Source: Patescibacteria group bacterium
Lineage (GTDB): Bacteria; Patescibacteriota; Microgenomatia; Levybacterales; UBA12049
DNA: 64,000 nucleotides
Direction: 5' to 3'
NCBI GenBank assembly: GCA_038064195.1
Contig: JBBTTO010000002.1
Span: 141,356 to 205,355, forward strand
The number at the start of each line of letters is the position of its first letter. The first letter of the stretch is position 1. The notes beneath the pieces are model-generated. The model searched no databases and was not told the DNA's origin. It worked only from the letters and a program-made list of their open reading frames with translations. Positions 48,730 through 57,743 of this stretch are shown here, in pieces. Made by a program: the position numbers and the translations under genes.

Positions 48730-48850
48730 CGGGAATGTATTTTTAATCTCTTCCTGCCTTTGTCTTAGTTCTCCGATATACCTCAAGTCCTGAATAGGAA
48801 GTCTTAATGATAAAAAAGAAAAGGTCTATAAAACAACTTTCTTTGAGCAC
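48730..48850 (-). repeat. att-like unit 5 (degraded core)
   Basis: VLKE...IIKT/IQDLRYIGELRQRQEEIK. Confidence 0.65.
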
Positions 48851-48879
48851 GAACGACAGTAATAGTGTATAATGCAGCT

Positions 48880-49017
48880 ATGGCAAAAAGAGCGACAGGA
48901 CTTGGACTTAAAACACGCAAGAAATCCCGTTCCCACAATTCACGTAAAACAGCTAAGAGACTTGAGGCAAAAAGAGTCATGCTGGAATTAAAAGCGAGCA
49001 AGCGCCGCAGTAAATAA
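48880..49017 (+). CDS. 45-aa very basic protein
   Basis: MAKRATGLGLKTRKKSRSHNSRKTAKRLEAKRVMLELKASKRRSK; TATAAT 6 nt upstream. Confidence 0.6.
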   Translation: MAKRATGLGLKTRKKSRSHNSRKTAKRLEAKRVMLELKASKRRSK

Positions 49018-49090
49018 TCCCTTTTGTAAGTTTTTTTACTCAAATTCTCCCCCCAACTTTAACCTTAGATTTTTCTGTTATAATCAGGCT

Positions 49091-49525
49091 ATGGATAGGA
49101 GAGTTCAGGAATTCCTTAAAACCCACAGGATTAGCGTTCTGGCGATTTCTCAATCTGATGGTGCTGTCCATGCAGCCGCATTACATTATAGTTTTGCCAC
49201 AGACATTTCTTTTTTCTTTATCACCGAAAAGGAAAGTGAGAAATGTAAATCACTCCTTGATGGTAGTACCCGTGCTGCAGCAGTTGTTATCGGGTTAAGC
49301 GAGGAAGAGTTTGTCACTTTCCAGGCAGACGGACAGGTTGTGATGATTACTGATGTTAAGCATCCGGGCTGGGATGTCTATATCGATAAGTATCCTACAC
49401 GAAGTCGAGCCAAACTCAGTGAGGATTATGTCCTGCTGCAGTTCGTCCCCAGTGTATGGAAGTATCAAGACATCAAGACAGATCCAAAGACCAAAATCAC
49501 CTCAGGAGGGCTGACTTTTCCTTAA
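49091..49525 (+). CDS. Pyridoxamine 5'-phosphate oxidase-like split-barrel protein
   Basis: FL......VLA....G..H, T...S.K, Q..G. Confidence 0.75.
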   Translation: MDRRVQEFLKTHRISVLAISQSDGAVHAAALHYSFATDISFFFITEKESEKCKSLLDGSTRAAAVVIGLSEEEFVTFQADGQVVMITDVKHPGWDVYIDKYPTRSRAKLSEDYVLLQFVPSVWKYQDIKTDPKTKITSGGLTFP

Positions 49526-49563
49526 CAATAATAACGAAAAATCTTCTGTTATAATCACCTTTA

Positions 49564-49998
49564 ATGAGACTGTTGCCGTCAACTAAGATCTATCTCTCAG
49601 ATTCTCATATTCCCCATGCCGGTCGAGGTGTATTTGCGAGGGAGGATATAAAAAAAGGAGATCTTATCGAATGTTGTCCGATTATTCTTATCCCTGAAAA
49701 TCACGTTCCCTTTATCCGTAAGACGGAATTGCGTAATTATTATTTTATGTGGGGTGATGATGAAGTACATCACAAGGCAGGTATTTGTCTGGGTTTTGGC
49801 TCACTCTACAACCATTCCTATAAGCCAAATGCAACGTACAGGAAATTATTGGATGAAAAGCTAATTGAATTTGTTGCAATTAAGGATATAAAGATTGATG
49901 AGGAGATAACGGTGAATTACAATCACGGTAACCCGGATGATACTTCCCCGCTCTGGATGAAATCCGTCCCCTCTGCAAAAGACGAAGGAAATTATTAG
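49564..49998 (+). CDS. SET-domain protein
   Basis: GRGVFA..DI..G, NHS..PN, EEITVNY. Confidence 0.92.
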   Translation: MRLLPSTKIYLSDSHIPHAGRGVFAREDIKKGDLIECCPIILIPENHVPFIRKTELRNYYFMWGDDEVHHKAGICLGFGSLYNHSYKPNATYRKLLDEKLIEFVAIKDIKIDEEITVNYNHGNPDDTSPLWMKSVPSAKDEGNY

Positions 49999-50078
49999 AT
50001 AAGCGATTTACCAGAGCTGTTTCGTAAGAAGATAGTAAAATGTCTTGTCTTTTTTCTTTTTTAGACTATACTGTTGTT

Positions 50079-50456
50079 ATGTTGAATTTTGATAATATTC
50101 TCCTCTCCTCAGACGACCATAAGCGACTGGTTGAGTTTTATGGTAAAGTCTTTGACAAAAAGCCAGATATGGAAGATGACAATTATGCAGGCTATATGGT
50201 AGGAAATTTTTTCCTAGGTATTGGTGGACATGATAAAGTACATGGCAAAAATAAAAACCCTGAAAGGGTGCTTTTCAATTTTTCCACCAAAGAAGTCAAA
50301 GAAGAGTTTGCCAGGATTAGTAAAATTGACGGCGCAGAAGTTATCAAAGAGCCCTACCAAATGGAAGGAATGGGAGTGACTGTTTGGATCGCGACTCTTT
50401 CAGATCCTGACGGTAATTATTTTCAACTTATGACCCCTTGGGAGGAGAATAAATAA
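50079..50456 (+). CDS. VOC/glyoxalase family protein
   Basis: FY..VF, DPDGNYFQL. Confidence 0.85.
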   Translation: MLNFDNILLSSDDHKRLVEFYGKVFDKKPDMEDDNYAGYMVGNFFLGIGGHDKVHGKNKNPERVLFNFSTKEVKEEFARISKIDGAEVIKEPYQMEGMGVTVWIATLSDPDGNYFQLMTPWEENK

Positions 50457-50632
50457 TGGATTCACACAGACACTATATTTGTACTGGCGGTTGTGGAGCT
50501 ATATCCGATACTCTCGGATCGTGTCAGGATGAGAATTGTACCAAACATGGTCAAGCCTTTAGCGAATGTGATTGTACTGATGGTAAGCATCACAAAGAAA
50601 GTACAGAAGAGCCAAAAGAAGAGATTTTTTAA
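50456..50632 (+). CDS. 58-aa Cys/His-rich protein
   Basis: Manual: MDSHRHYICTGGCGAISDTLGSCQDENCTKHGQAFSECDCTDGKHH...; start overlaps VOC stop. Confidence 0.7.
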   Translation: MDSHRHYICTGGCGAISDTLGSCQDENCTKHGQAFSECDCTDGKHHKESTEEPKEEIF

Positions 50633-50683
50633 GTCTTGCTTGAGTCTAGACCTAGGTGGGAGTTGTTATGCTATATTTGAATT

Positions 50684-50857
50684 ATGATTGATCCGAATCT
50701 CCTCAGAATTCTTGTCTTCGTCGTTGTGGGTGGGTTGATTTTTCTTGCCTTCACTTACCTTATTAGCTTTTTGCGACCGCTTATTATAGCGGCTATTCTT
50801 ATAATTATTGCCTATCTCATCTTTCGCTTCTTCATCACCGGAACAATCAGCATTTAG
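50684..50857 (+). CDS. 57-aa 2-TM membrane protein
   Basis: Manual: MIDPNLLRILVFVVVGG...LRPLIIAAILIIIAYLIFRFF. Confidence 0.6.
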   Translation: MIDPNLLRILVFVVVGGLIFLAFTYLISFLRPLIIAAILIIIAYLIFRFFITGTISI

Positions 50858-50864
50858 GAAATTT

Positions 50865-51419
50865 TTACCTGCTGCAACTGGGCCAGGCATTTTGACCTCC
50901 GTGGGCGATCTTAAAGGCAGCTGTTTTGATCGCTTCCTCAGGGTTTTTCCTCAAATCAGGATTTGGATCCGCATTCATCATTTGGCGTGTCGCTATCCAT
51001 GAGTCAGGCGAGAACTGGAACATCCCCAGGTAGTCCATAAAGCTGGCCTCACTATTAAAGCCTGACTCGCACCTGGCTATTTTTTTCAGCAACTCCTTGT
51101 CGACGCTTTGTTCACCTGCATATTTACTAAAAAGCGTCTCCAGGTCATCTGAGGTAACAATCGGAGTGGGGGTGACAGTCGGAGTTGGTGTAGCGGTGGG
51201 TAGAGGTGTGGGAGTAGCTGTTGGAAGGGGTGTGGGAGTTGCGGTGGGAGTGGGTGTTGCCGTGGGTGTTGGCTTAATCCGTTGGTGAACTATAGCTATC
51301 TTTTTGCTGGGGAGGGGGCTTATGAGGTGAGGTTTTTGGTGGGAGATGACAAAAGAACCTGCGTAACTGCCTAAAGACAGCAGGGAGACGAAGGCAAATC
51401 CGGTCAAATTGCCTAACAT
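50865..51419 (-). CDS. PT-linked lysozyme-like/Rpf-like transglycosylase
   Basis: IARCESG, GMFQF...W, AWPSC. Confidence 0.85.
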   Translation of the reverse strand: MLGNLTGFAFVSLLSLGSYAGSFVISHQKPHLISPLPSKKIAIVHQRIKPTPTATPTPTATPTPLPTATPTPLPTATPTPTVTPTPIVTSDDLETLFSKYAGEQSVDKELLKKIARCESGFNSEASFMDYLGMFQFSPDSWIATRQMMNADPNPDLRKNPEEAIKTAAFKIAHGGQNAWPSCSR

Positions 51420-51661
51420 CTCTCTATGATAACATATTTGAGTTTTTGAGCCTTTATTCCTATCTCTTCCTTCATCTCCCGCAGAGCTGTTTGTCTAATG
51501 GTCTCCCCGATTTGCTGCTTGCCTCCGACTCCGTTCCATTTGCTTACCCCAAAGCCTCTTTTTTTCATCGCGAGTAAGATCTGCTTTTCTTTTATGAGAA
51601 AGGAAAGGGTAGTTCTAGGGAGAGGATCTGTAAGCGTTTGTTCGTAATCACGTAGCTTCAT
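51413..51661 (-). pseudogene. Truncated NUDIX (MTH1/MutT-like) hydrolase
   Basis: KKRGFG..KWNG.GGK...GET....A.RE..EE.G then ends at 82 aa. Confidence 0.65.
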
Positions 51662-51696
51662 TAATCAGAGTATAGCATGTGGTATACTCAAAAGAG

Positions 51697-52248
51697 ATGA
51701 ATGTCTTGAGACGTTGGCTGCCCTTAGCAATTCTTACGACCTGTCTGTCAGGACTTATGTATGTGGCTGTCCAACAAACCTTGCGACTGAGTGCAAATGA
51801 TCCGCAAATTCAGTTGGCAGAGGATACCGCTCTTAAGCTTACAACCCAGGATGATACTGTCCAAATTACCTCCCTGCCTAAAATAGATATCGCTAAAAGT
51901 CTTTCTCCTTTTGTTATTATTTATGATGCCTCAGGGAAAGTAGTCTCAGCAACGGGTGATATTGAAGGCGAGACACCTGAAGTACCAATGGGAGTCTTTG
52001 CCTATACCAAAGAGCATAGGGAAGATCGTTTTACCTGGCAGCCACGACAGGGGGTGCGTATCGCGGCAGTTATGCGACATTATAGCGGTCGTACGACAGG
52101 CTATGTTCTGGCAGGGAGATCTTTGCGGGAAGTAGAAAAGCGTGAAGATCGCCTCATGCGCCAAGTCGGTCTGATGTGGGTTGTAACACTGGCTGCCACA
52201 CTGATTGGCGTATTAGTTACCAGCACCTCAGAGAAGCGCAAAAAATAA
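51697..52248 (+). CDS. 2-TM protein with extracytoplasmic Cache-like domain
   Basis: ANDPQIQ, TWQP..GVR, LAGRSLREVE. Confidence 0.65.
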   Translation: MNVLRRWLPLAILTTCLSGLMYVAVQQTLRLSANDPQIQLAEDTALKLTTQDDTVQITSLPKIDIAKSLSPFVIIYDASGKVVSATGDIEGETPEVPMGVFAYTKEHREDRFTWQPRQGVRIAAVMRHYSGRTTGYVLAGRSLREVEKREDRLMRQVGLMWVVTLAATLIGVLVTSTSEKRKK

Positions 52249-52794
52249 TTACACCTCAGTTTTTACTAATGGCTTGAATTCTTTATAGAGTTTGGTAATC
52301 TTAGGATCGATAACAATCCTACAATAAGGATTTGAGCTGCTGTTTTTTTCATAATAATCCTGATGATGTGCCTCAGCCTTGAAAAATTGTTCAAAAGGCT
52401 CAATTTTAGTCACAATCGGATCCTGGTACATGCCTGATTTATCCGCCTCATTTTTTGAACTTTCAGCAATTTTTTGCTGCTCCTTATTATGATAAAAGAT
52501 CACCGAGCGATACTGCGTTCCGACATCAGCTCCCTGGCGGTTAAGAGTTGTCGGATCATGCAGCTTCCAGAAGACATCAAGAAGAGTTTTGAAGGAAATA
52601 ATATCAGGATCAAAAGTGATTTGTATAGCCTCAGCATGGTCGGTGGTGCCCATACTGACATCGTCGTAATGAGCTTTCTCCACTGATCCCCCGCTATAGC
52701 CTGAGATAGCTGACTGGACTCCCTTAAGGTGCTTAAAAACAGCTTCAATACACCAAAAACAGCCTCCGGCAAGTGTGGCTGTCTCTTTTTTCAT
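52249..52794 (-). CDS. msrA: Peptide methionine sulfoxide reductase A
   Basis: GGCFWC, HDPT..NRQG.D.G.QYRS, AE..HQ.Y. Confidence 0.97.
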   Translation of the reverse strand: MKKETATLAGGCFWCIEAVFKHLKGVQSAISGYSGGSVEKAHYDDVSMGTTDHAEAIQITFDPDIISFKTLLDVFWKLHDPTTLNRQGADVGTQYRSVIFYHNKEQQKIAESSKNEADKSGMYQDPIVTKIEPFEQFFKAEAHHQDYYEKNSSSNPYCRIVIDPKITKLYKEFKPLVKTEV

Positions 52795-52873
52795 AGGTCT
52801 ATTATACCTTACTCAGTAAAGGGAGCTTTAGGCTTGACATTAGAGAGTAATTATGGTACTATAGGTCACTATT

Positions 52874-53107
52874 ATGCGTCCTGAAGAAGTTTCACCCCGA
52901 ATCGTTGTTGCCTTACTTGGTATTATTTTGCTGTTTGTCAGCATTTATTTAGGCTTCTTGCGTATCGATACGTATTTGCGAAATGCTGCAATTGATACCT
53001 GTGCAGCTGCCTCCCGTTATGAGAAAAATGACAAAGCTCAGAATGCGGTTATCGCCTACCCTATTCAGGATGTCTATGAGAATTGTTTGAAGCGTAAAGG
53101 TATCTAA
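52874..53107 (+). CDS. Small single-TM protein with two Cys
   Basis: ORF; promoter TTGACA upstream. Confidence 0.6.
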   Translation: MRPEEVSPRIVVALLGIILLFVSIYLGFLRIDTYLRNAAIDTCAAASRYEKNDKAQNAVIAYPIQDVYENCLKRKGI

Positions 53108-53421
53108 GCAGTCTTGATGTCCGTTTGTTGTCCCCAAAGTGCCATTTGGTCAATCACTACTTTAAGAGACTTCCCTTTTTCAGTTAATGTATATTCCACA
53201 TGGAGAGGAATCTCGGCAAAAATCTTCTTTGTAATAATTTTATTCTTTTCTAATTGTTGCAGTCTTTCAGAAAGAGTTTTTGGACTAATGCCAGGCAGAG
53301 CTCGCTGAAGTTGACCAAACCTTTTGGTCCCCCCACACAGCTCATGGAGTATAAGAATAGTCCATTTGCTACCAATAATTTTGAGTGTTTTACTGACCCA
53401 GCAGTCTTGTTCGGCTGTCAT
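53104..53421 (-). CDS. HxlR-family transcriptional regulator
   Basis: C.V..TL..IG.KW, RF..L...LPGIS.K.L..RL, VEY.LT. Confidence 0.92.
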   Translation of the reverse strand: MTAEQDCWVSKTLKIIGSKWTILILHELCGGTKRFGQLQRALPGISPKTLSERLQQLEKNKIITKKIFAEIPLHVEYTLTEKGKSLKVVIDQMALWGQQTDIKTA

Positions 53422-53476
53422 ACTATATATATTGTAACTACTTTACATTTTAAAGTATGAAGTGTATATTGTCAAT

Positions 53477-54094
53477 ATGATACGTTTAATGATCATTCTC
53501 GGCAGCACCCGTGAGGGACGTTTTGGTGAAAAAATCGCCGACTGGGTCATAGAACAAGTAACGCTACTGAAAGACTTTAAGGTAGATTTTGTCGATCTTC
53601 GTGATATAGAGTTACCATTTTTTGCTGAGGCCTTACCACCTGCTGCAATTAAGGACGGCAATTATAGCAATCCTCAAGCACTAGCATGGAGTCAAAGAGT
53701 CAAAGAGGCAGATGCTTTTCTTATTATCACGCTCGAATACAATCATAGTTATCCGGCTGTTCTTAAAAATGCTTTGGACTATGTTTACTATGAATGGAAC
53801 AACAAACCGGCTGCTTTTGTCGGATATGGAGTTGTCGGTGCCGTGCGGGCTATAGAACATTTACGCGGAGTTGTGGCTCAATTACAAATGGTATCAGTTC
53901 AGGAGGCAGTTCATATGAATATTTTCCCCTCGCCCTTTGATGAGGATCAAGAAATGACTGAGGAGCATTATAACCATAAATTAACAAGCGTTTTTAAACA
54001 ACTGTTGTGGTGGGCACAAGCATTAAAGCTCGCCAGGCTGGAGTCTTCATCCCCAAGACCGGCTGTTAGCCAAAGAGTTGTTTCTTCAAACTGA
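53477..54094 (+). CDS. NADPH-dependent FMN reductase
   Basis: GSTREGR, EYNHSYPAVLKNALD; divergent from HxlR. Confidence 0.92.
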   Translation: MIRLMIILGSTREGRFGEKIADWVIEQVTLLKDFKVDFVDLRDIELPFFAEALPPAAIKDGNYSNPQALAWSQRVKEADAFLIITLEYNHSYPAVLKNALDYVYYEWNNKPAAFVGYGVVGAVRAIEHLRGVVAQLQMVSVQEAVHMNIFPSPFDEDQEMTEEHYNHKLTSVFKQLLWWAQALKLARLESSSPRPAVSQRVVSSN

Positions 54095-54422
54095 GAAAGA
54101 ATTTACCCCAAAATCCTGATTTTTTGTATTTTTGGTATTCTTCTTTTTTATAATAATCCATAGTTCCCGGTAGCGGTGGGTCGATCCAGTTGGAGAGAAT
54201 AATCCATTCACGTCGTTCGTTTTGTTTGGCAATGATGGTAACAAGGGATGGTCCGAAACGCCGCTGGTACTCAATGGTCCCCGGGTTTTTCCCGGTAAGC
54301 TGTCGGTCAGGATTGGAAAATGCCTGCCAGGCGAGGTCTTGTGAGAGCCCCCGCTGCCCGAGTCGCTCAAGCGCGTGATTGGTCCAGATAGCACCCTTGT
54401 AATGGTTGGTCGGTTCTGCCAT
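54066..54422 (-). CDS. DUF4258-like (RelE/BrnT-fold) protein
   Basis: WT.HA.ER..QR motif. Confidence 0.65.
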   Translation of the reverse strand: MAEPTNHYKGAIWTNHALERLGQRGLSQDLAWQAFSNPDRQLTGKNPGTIEYQRRFGPSLVTIIAKQNERREWIILSNWIDPPLPGTMDYYKKEEYQKYKKSGFWGKFFLSLKKQLFG

Positions 54423-54485
54423 GTAATTATTATCTCATAGAGTTACTCCAGTTGCAGAGCTGCTTTACCTCTCATTCTTATGTCT

Positions 54486-55265
54486 CTAAAACCGGATTGT
54501 TCGAACAATCTCAATTGCATTCTCAAGAGAAAAATCTCCGACTCGTGTTCGTTTGATTGACAAGGCAAGAGCCGGGTAGCCGAGTTCTTTTCCTATTTGC
54601 TGACAGAGAGAGCGGATATATGTTCCGCTACTGACTGTAGCAGTGCAGGTTAAAAGCGGAAATGAAGATTGCGGCGGTATATGTAAGTCAGACCAGTCTT
54701 TACTAATATCTTCCTGTCGAAAGTCACCCCTAACTTTTTTGATACGACTTATTACAGCTTGAACAAGCTTTTTTTGCTTGATCAGAGAAGTAGAGTTGAG
54801 AGTTAATGATGTTATTGTTATTTCTTTCATAGGGATAGTAATTTCTCCGATCTTATTCTTTCGAGCCCAATAATAAAGCGGTTTGCCATTAACTGTTTTG
54901 GAAGAGAAAGGTGGGTAAGGTTGAGTTCGTGTCCCTTTAAATATTGAAAATATTTTTTCTATTTCCTTCTGCTCAGGGATGATGACAGCTTGGACTTTTT
55001 CTATTCGCCCCAAACAGTCATAGGTGTCAGTACTTATGCCAAGCAGGAGTTCAAATTGATATGTCTTTGGTAGCTCTTCATATTCTCTTCGTTTTTTATT
55101 TTCATTACCTACAAGAACAAGCAGTAGTCCTTCAGCCATAGGATCAAGTCGACCGGCAAAGCTCAATTTTTCTTTTTGATAGAGCGGATGCTGCTTTTTA
55201 AATGCGGTAATTGCTTGGAGAGGGGTGAGGCCCTGCGGCTTATTGAGTAGGATATGAGATTGCAT
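54486..55265 (-). CDS. truB: tRNA pseudouridine synthase B-like
   Basis: K..G.TP, AGRLDPMAEG, TDT.D..G, Q.YP.FSS, SSGTYIRSL. Confidence 0.85.
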   Translation of the reverse strand: MQSHILLNKPQGLTPLQAITAFKKQHPLYQKEKLSFAGRLDPMAEGLLLVLVGNENKKRREYEELPKTYQFELLLGISTDTYDCLGRIEKVQAVIIPEQKEIEKIFSIFKGTRTQPYPPFSSKTVNGKPLYYWARKNKIGEITIPMKEITITSLTLNSTSLIKQKKLVQAVISRIKKVRGDFRQEDISKDWSDLHIPPQSSFPLLTCTATVSSGTYIRSLCQQIGKELGYPALALSIKRTRVGDFSLENAIEIVRTIRF

Positions 55266-55558
55266 CGGGCAATTGTACCATGTGTGTGGTATCTCTTGCG
55301 GATTCCTTACCCTTTTTTATTTTGGTTCACACAAGAGTAGTGTACAGTGAGCCTATGCAAAGAGTCATAACAGTTTCTGGGGCGCTACAAAAACAGCGTC
55401 AAGAAAAATTAAAAGAGATTGAAATAAGACTCCCTGATTTCAAACAAGCTCTGAAAAAGAATACGCTTCTTGTATCCTTTTATAGAGTGCTCGTCTCTCC
55501 GGTCTGAGCGTATTAGCAGTCTATTGACTTGATTGCTAAACCGTGCTATATTTCAGGT

Positions 55559-57709
55559 ATGGACGGTAATAATCTTCAAGATTTACTCAAACCCTTATCC
55601 CCCCAAGACGCGCTTAAGAAATTCACGCTCAATCTCACTGATGATGCCAGATCTGCCAAGATAGATCCGGTTATCGGGCGTGAAGGAGAAATACGACGTG
55701 TCATGGAAATCCTCTCAAGGCGTTCTAAAAATAATCCCATCCTCATCGGAGATCCCGGTGTCGGTAAGACTGCTATTGTTGAAGGTCTTGCTCAAAAAAT
55801 CGTCAACGGAGATGTTCCCACGCCACTAAAAAACAAAGAGCTGATAGTCCTCGATTTTGCCTTGTTACTTGCAGGTGCCAAATTCAGAGGAGAATTTGAA
55901 GAGCGCTTAAAAGGAGTTATCAAGGCAGTTGAGGAGGGTCAGGGTAAATATATTATTTTCATTGACGAGCTGCATACGCTTGTCGGAGGCGGAGCAGCTG
56001 AAGGAGCGGTAGATGCGGCTAATATCCTTAAGCCCTCTCTTGCCCGCGGTACGCTGCGTATGATAGGAGCTACGACCGTTGGTGAATACAGGAAATATAT
56101 TGAGAAAGACGCTGCTCTGGCCAGGCGTTTTCAGCCTGTGATGGTTCCGGAACCGACAGTTGAAGATACCATCTCAATTTTGCGTGGCATTAAGGAAAAA
56201 TACGAGCTTCATCACGGTATCCGGATAACTGATGATGCAATTATTGCCGCCGCAAGACTGTCGGCACAATACATCTCCCAACGTTTTTTGCCGGATAAGG
56301 CCATAGATCTTATCGATGAGGCAGCTGCGGCGATTAAGATTGAGACAGAGAGTATGCCCTCTGAGCTGGATACCCTCAAGCGTAAAATAACACAACTTGA
56401 GATTGAGTTGGCGGCTCTTAAAAAGGAAAAAACAGATGGCGGAGCCAAAAACAGAAAAGAACAGGCAGAAAAAGAGCTGGTCATTCTTAAAGAGCAAGCT
56501 TTAACGTTAGAAAAGCGTTGGGAAGAACAAAAAGAAATCATCAAAAAAATTCAGGCGATGCGGGCAAAGATTGACGGACTGCGTATTGAGCTTGAGAAAG
56601 CCGAACGCGATGTTGATCTGCAGAAAGCAGCTGAGATAAAATTTGGGCAACTCCCCGATCTTGAGAAGCAACTAGCAGCTCTTACGGAAGAGTGGCTGAA
56701 GATTCCGGAGGAGAAACGGGTACTCAGGGAAGAGGTTGATGATAATGATATTGCCCGTGTTGTCAGTCGCTGGACGGGTATTCCTGCAAGTCGTATTCTT
56801 TCAACTGAGGCAGAACGGTTGGTCAATCTTGAGGAGGAGCTGACAAAACATGTCGTCGGACAAGAGGAGGCTGTCAGTGTCGTCTCTCGGGCGATCAGGC
56901 GATCAAGATCAGGGCTTGGTGAGAAAAATCGTCCGATCGGGTCATTTCTTTTCCTGGGGCCGACAGGGGTCGGTAAGACCGAAACGGCCAAGGCATTAGC
57001 GACAATACTTTTTAGTGATCCGCACGCAATAACCCGTATCGATATGACAGAATATCAGGAGCCCCACAGTGTCGCCAGGCTTATCGGAGCTCCCCCGGGG
57101 TACGTCGGGTATGAAGAGGGAGGCCAGTTAACTGAGGCTGTAAGAAGGCGTCCTTACTCGATAGTATTGCTTGACGAAATTGAGAAAGCCCATCCGCAAG
57201 TATTTAATGTTTTTCTCCAGCTTTTTGATGAGGGAAGGCTGACAGACAGCAAGGGAATGGTCGTTGATTTTAAAAATACGATTATTATTATGACGAGTAA
57301 CTTAGCAGGAGATATTATCCGGGAGAATAGTGGTAAGGATAGATCTCAAATCAAAGATAAAGTTTGGGAAGTATTGCACGGTTATTTTAAGCCGGAGTTT
57401 CTTAATCGGCTTGATTCGGTAGTTATCTTCAACTCATTAGGAGCTAAAGAAGTTGTGGAAATTGCCCGTCAGCAACTGGAGCAGGTGAAAGTAAGGATGG
57501 CTGAAAATGATATCAAGCTTGATATTACCGACAGTTTGATTGATTATTTTGCCGAAGAAGGGTTTGATTCGGTTTTTGGGGCACGACCTTTACGACGTCT
57601 GATTGAGGAAAGGCTGGTCGATGAGATTGCGATACGATTAATAGATGGCTCAATTAAGCCGGGGACAACCATTCATCCTCTTGTCAAAGATGGGAAGATT
57701 ATTTTGTAA
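55559..57709 (+). CDS. clpB: ClpB-like AAA+ chaperone lacking the N-terminal domain
   Basis: [15 protein letters not shown]-domain coiled coil, [16 protein letters not shown]. Confidence 0.9.
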   Translation: MDGNNLQDLLKPLSPQDALKKFTLNLTDDARSAKIDPVIGREGEIRRVMEILSRRSKNNPILIGDPGVGKTAIVEGLAQKIVNGDVPTPLKNKELIVLDFALLLAGAKFRGEFEERLKGVIKAVEEGQGKYIIFIDELHTLVGGGAAEGAVDAANILKPSLARGTLRMIGATTVGEYRKYIEKDAALARRFQPVMVPEPTVEDTISILRGIKEKYELHHGIRITDDAIIAAARLSAQYISQRFLPDKAIDLIDEAAAAIKIETESMPSELDTLKRKITQLEIELAALKKEKTDGGAKNRKEQAEKELVILKEQALTLEKRWEEQKEIIKKIQAMRAKIDGLRIELEKAERDVDLQKAAEIKFGQLPDLEKQLAALTEEWLKIPEEKRVLREEVDDNDIARVVSRWTGIPASRILSTEAERLVNLEEELTKHVVGQEEAVSVVSRAIRRSRSGLGEKNRPIGSFLFLGPTGVGKTETAKALATILFSDPHAITRIDMTEYQEPHSVARLIGAPPGYVGYEEGGQLTEAVRRRPYSIVLLDEIEKAHPQVFNVFLQLFDEGRLTDSKGMVVDFKNTIIIMTSNLAGDIIRENSGKDRSQIKDKVWEVLHGYFKPEFLNRLDSVVIFNSLGAKEVVEIARQQLEQVKVRMAENDIKLDITDSLIDYFAEEGFDSVFGARPLRRLIEERLVDEIAIRLIDGSIKPGTTIHPLVKDGKIIL

Positions 57710-57743
57710 TTGTTAAATTGCTTCATTGTTGTTAAACTCGTTC

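Larger units (their letters stand above)
42723..48850. mobile_element. tRNA-Asn-anchored tandem cassette/island array
   Basis: Repeated tRNA-3'-like cores at 44320, 45644, 46702, 47145, 48171 and ~48845; all but 47145 are preceded by homologous remnant sequence; heterogeneous cargo. Confidence 0.7.

Noticed and set aside
42723-48850. Classical integron or CRISPR interpretation of the array
   Set aside because: No attC inverted R/L boxes, no intI, and the repeats are degenerate, coding-derived and about 0.4-1.6 kb apart.
55280-55507. 75-aa ORF between truB and clpB
   Set aside because: No recognisable motif and the region overlaps divergent promoters; a shorter ORF from 55355 is possible but unsupported.
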